Virus record (IMG/VR): IMGVR_UViG_3300005662_000165
Location: 1 to 28,159 of that record
Origin: a virus
Taxonomy: Duplodnaviria; Caudoviricetes
Length of the DNA: 28,159 nt
Direction: 5' to 3' (one strand)
Part shown: piece after piece, positions 25,911-28,159 of the stretch
How positions within the stretch are numbered: position 1 is the first letter of the stretch
How the letters are laid out: the number at the start of each line of letters is the position of its first letter
Made by a program: the position numbers and the translations under genes
The notes under the pieces: generated by a model
Told to the model about the DNA's origin: nothing
What the model saw: only the letters and a program-made list of their open reading frames with translations
Databases searched by the model: none

Positions 25911-28159
25911 TCTTAGTTATACAAACACACCTTTAATAGCACACTTGTATGATACAGTTGAAGCCGCAATGGCAGCCGCTGCTGATCTTGGTTGTGCTGG
26001 TTATAGAACTTATAACATTAACGGTGAGAATAAGTACGTACCGTGTTCATCCTTTTTAGCTTATGAACAGGCGCTTAGATATTATAAATCACAGGGGAGC
26101 CAAAACCAGATTTCTGGATTTGGTAATATTGGGGATAAAGCGGTTGGTTTGCAATTTGCTAACGCTAAGGATGAAATAGCGGGTGACCCTTTCTTTACCC
26201 TAGGTAATTTCTCCCTATCAACTTCTGTTACAAGAAAAAGTGTGCCTGGTAAGGTTGTTGGCTTATCTGGTGGTGATAAATCTTATACAGCCGAAAGCAT
26301 TAATAATTTAAACCCCGCTAAAAACGGTACTCAAACAGCTGTCGACCAGGTTAATAAGAAAATCGAAGATAATATAACAGTTAGGGTTCTTTTTGATAAA
26401 AAGAAATTACAGAACTACGTTTTATATGCTCCAATGAAGGAGACAATAAAAAACACGATTATTGAGATCACACAAAAATTCCCAGCTGGTTTAAGATTAA
26501 ACGTATTGGGTTTAGCATCCCCAACTGTTTCGGATTACAACTACTCAAGCAGCAAAGACACAGCGCAATTTAAAATCAATCTGGGTAATATTAGCAACCC
26601 ATTTGGAATTGAATATACAGCAACTGGTACAACCGTAACAGATGATGTTAATATAACGCCTTTGAGAAATTTTTCAAAGACTTACACCGATTATGTTGTT
26701 TATTATAATCAGGTTGAATATAAGATATTAAACGCGACATTACCTAGCTCATATAATGATAATGAAAATGGTATATATTTGACGGTTGAAGGTAACCCAT
26801 TCGGTAATGACGTTAATATAAACCAAACAGTTAACAAAACATTTTGGGTAAAACCTAAAATGCAGAAGTATGATGATTTTCAGACTAATTTGTCCGACAT
26901 GGGTCAGTTTTTACTGAATTATAATTACGATAAAAAGAAATATATTAGCGTAATTAGATATAAGAAATTTACGGATCAAGGGGTTGAATTAAATATGAAC
27001 GAAACCCTTGTTTTCCCACAATATGATGAAGTTAATATTGATTTATTTAGCGATGAATTTGATAAATACCTAACAAAGTTAAACGGTATTTCAGATGATT
27101 TTGACGCGACAAAAACTAATTTAATTTCAAGATTTTTAACAACGGATTCCTTAAAAGAATTTGATACCGAGGATAGGAGAATAAACCTAATGTTCGGTTT
27201 AATTGGTAAAAATTTTGATACCGTTAAGAAATATGTTGATGGTATCACATTTATGACAAATCTTAGTTATGATAAAATTGAGAATATACCAGATTTATTA
27301 GTCAAGAACTATGGTAATATGCTTGGTTTTGAAACATATAATGTTGAAGATGAGAATACTTTAATTGAATCACTATTTGACATTAAAGATTTGAGGATTG
27401 AACCAGGTCTTAAACCAGTGGATATTGACATTGAGTTATGGAGAAGAATTTTCATAAATTCATATCACCTTTGGAAATCAAAGGGTACTAGAAAATCAAT
27501 TGAGTTTATTTTGAATTTGGTTGGTTTACCTGATTCAATATTTGAGGTTAATGAATATGTTTATATAGCAAGAAACAAAGTTGATTACACACAAAAATCC
27601 TACGAATTATACGGATCAAACTACAGCGATAACGTATTATTAACTTTAGTCCCTTTTGATAAAGATGGCTATCCAACAGTACCATCTAGAGTTAAATACC
27701 AGGAAACTGGTTTTAGTATTGCAAATGACGGTAGAAACTTCGGGCCATATGATTTTGGTACCTCATATATAAAAGCTTATGAAGTGCAAAGCGGTACCCC
27801 GATATTCAATATGGACCGATTTGTTGATAACGTAAAATCTTGGGTTTATTCAGAATCCCAAGTACTTAGATTGTCAGAAGATAGTATCGGCTATACTGAA
27901 TATTATGAGGATGATTCTAGATTAGTTGTAAACTCTAAAGAATTAGAGGTTTATATCTCATCTGATAAGATTTTCGATTTTACACTATACCGTTATTTAA
28001 ATAGAAATTCGATTGAATTAAATTCTGATTTAAATTTTAGAGTTGTACCTGAAATAAATGCTGGTGATTTGACATTCAACCAGTTTTTACAACAGTCAAT
28101 GGACAATTACATTAAACCAGATAACAGAAAAACCATTAAAACATACCCTAGTTTAAGTA
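25903..28159 (+). CDS. Baseplate wedge protein, T4 gp7 / P2 tail protein I-like (3'-partial, >750 aa, not in the ORF track)
   Basis: ATG 25903 (MANLSYTNTP...) overlaps the upstream stop, and the frame appears open to the window end. NIPDLLVKNYGNMLGF...ELWRRIFINSYHLWKSKGTRKSIEFILNLVG (about 27280-27530) matches the tail-I/gp7 KGT signature. Confidence 0.8.
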   Translation, partial: MANLSYTNTPLIAHLYDTVEAAMAAAADLGCAGYRTYNINGENKYVPCSSFLAYEQALRYYKSQGSQNQISGFGNIGDKAVGLQFANAKDEIAGDPFFTLGNFSLSTSVTRKSVPGKVVGLSGGDKSYTAESINNLNPAKNGTQTAVDQVNKKIEDNITVRVLFDKKKLQNYVLYAPMKETIKNTIIEITQKFPAGLRLNVLGLASPTVSDYNYSSSKDTAQFKINLGNISNPFGIEYTATGTTVTDDVNITPLRNFSKTYTDYVVYYNQVEYKILNATLPSSYNDNENGIYLTVEGNPFGNDVNINQTVNKTFWVKPKMQKYDDFQTNLSDMGQFLLNYNYDKKKYISVIRYKKFTDQGVELNMNETLVFPQYDEVNIDLFSDEFDKYLTKLNGISDDFDATKTNLISRFLTTDSLKEFDTEDRRINLMFGLIGKNFDTVKKYVDGITFMTNLSYDKIENIPDLLVKNYGNMLGFETYNVEDENTLIESLFDIKDLRIEPGLKPVDIDIELWRRIFINSYHLWKSKGTRKSIEFILNLVGLPDSIFEVNEYVYIARNKVDYTQKSYELYGSNYSDNVLLTLVPFDKDGYPTVPSRVKYQETGFSIANDGRNFGPYDFGTSYIKAYEVQSGTPIFNMDRFVDNVKSWVYSESQVLRLSEDSIGYTEYYEDDSRLVVNSKELEVYISSDKIFDFTLYRYLNRNSIELNSDLNFRVVPEINAGDLTFNQFLQQSMDNYIKPDNRKTIKTYPSLS

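Larger units (their letters stand above)
1..28159 (+). mobile_element. Segment of a large T4-like myovirus (Caudoviricetes) genome, probable Bacteroidota host
   Basis: gp32-like SSB, UvsX, 5'-3' exonuclease, DnaB-like helicase, nrdAB, gp25/gp6/gp7-like baseplate genes and a virion lysin are all co-oriented with minimal spacers or overlaps. No cellular housekeeping genes, integrase or att site are seen. Confidence 0.93.

Noticed and set aside
42-27248. Many short minus-strand and alternate-frame ORFs in the track (e.g. 6386-6628, 12961-13344, 15080-15520, 26976-27248)
   Set aside because: All but a couple lie wholly within longer, well-supported + strand genes, and none shows a recognisable motif. 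They are most likely shadow ORFs.
1-28159. Stop-codon reassignment, as in some large phages: 17 of 18 complete gene ends use TAA, one uses TGA and none uses TAG
   Set aside because: All genes are full length under the standard code, with no in-frame TAG or TGA breaks. The TAA bias is expected from the AT richness, and the single TGA is an ordinary ATGA overlap.
16002-28159. Bacterial contractile injection system (eCIS/T6SS/tailocin) rather than a phage
   Set aside because: The baseplate genes are interleaved with a T4-like replication module, and no cellular genes or secretion-system components are present.

Overview
This window is a fragment of a large, AT-rich, T4-like myovirus genome. All credible genes lie on the + strand and are tightly packed. 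The host is probably Bacteroidota, inferred from TAnnTTTG promoters, starts lacking Shine-Dalgarno sites and a eukaryote/Bacteroidota-type class Ia RNR. There are three blocks. (1) 1-7341 holds the 3' part of a giant (>1990 aa) virion protein with a baseplate-hub-like segment and two C-terminal peptidoglycan hydrolases (M23 peptidase and phage tail lysozyme), followed by three small ORFs. (2) 7472-15905 is a terminator-bounded replication/recombination/nucleotide block: gp32-like SSB, UvsX/RecA, 5'-3' exonuclease, an unknown ORF, DnaB-like helicase, nrdB and nrdA. (3) 16002 to the window end is a baseplate operon: gp25-like, gp6/J-like, five uncharacterised proteins and a 3'-truncated gp7/P2 tail-I-like gene missing from the ORF track. 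I see no tRNA, rRNA, CRISPR array, intron, intein or transposase, and no evidence of stop-codon recoding. I cannot show a wholly new system from sequence alone. The best candidates are the hub/dual-hydrolase giant protein, the expanded baseplate operon, a possible two-tier promoter code, an SSB-tail mimic and a structured intergenic RNA. Family assignments come from motifs read by eye; no database searches were run.
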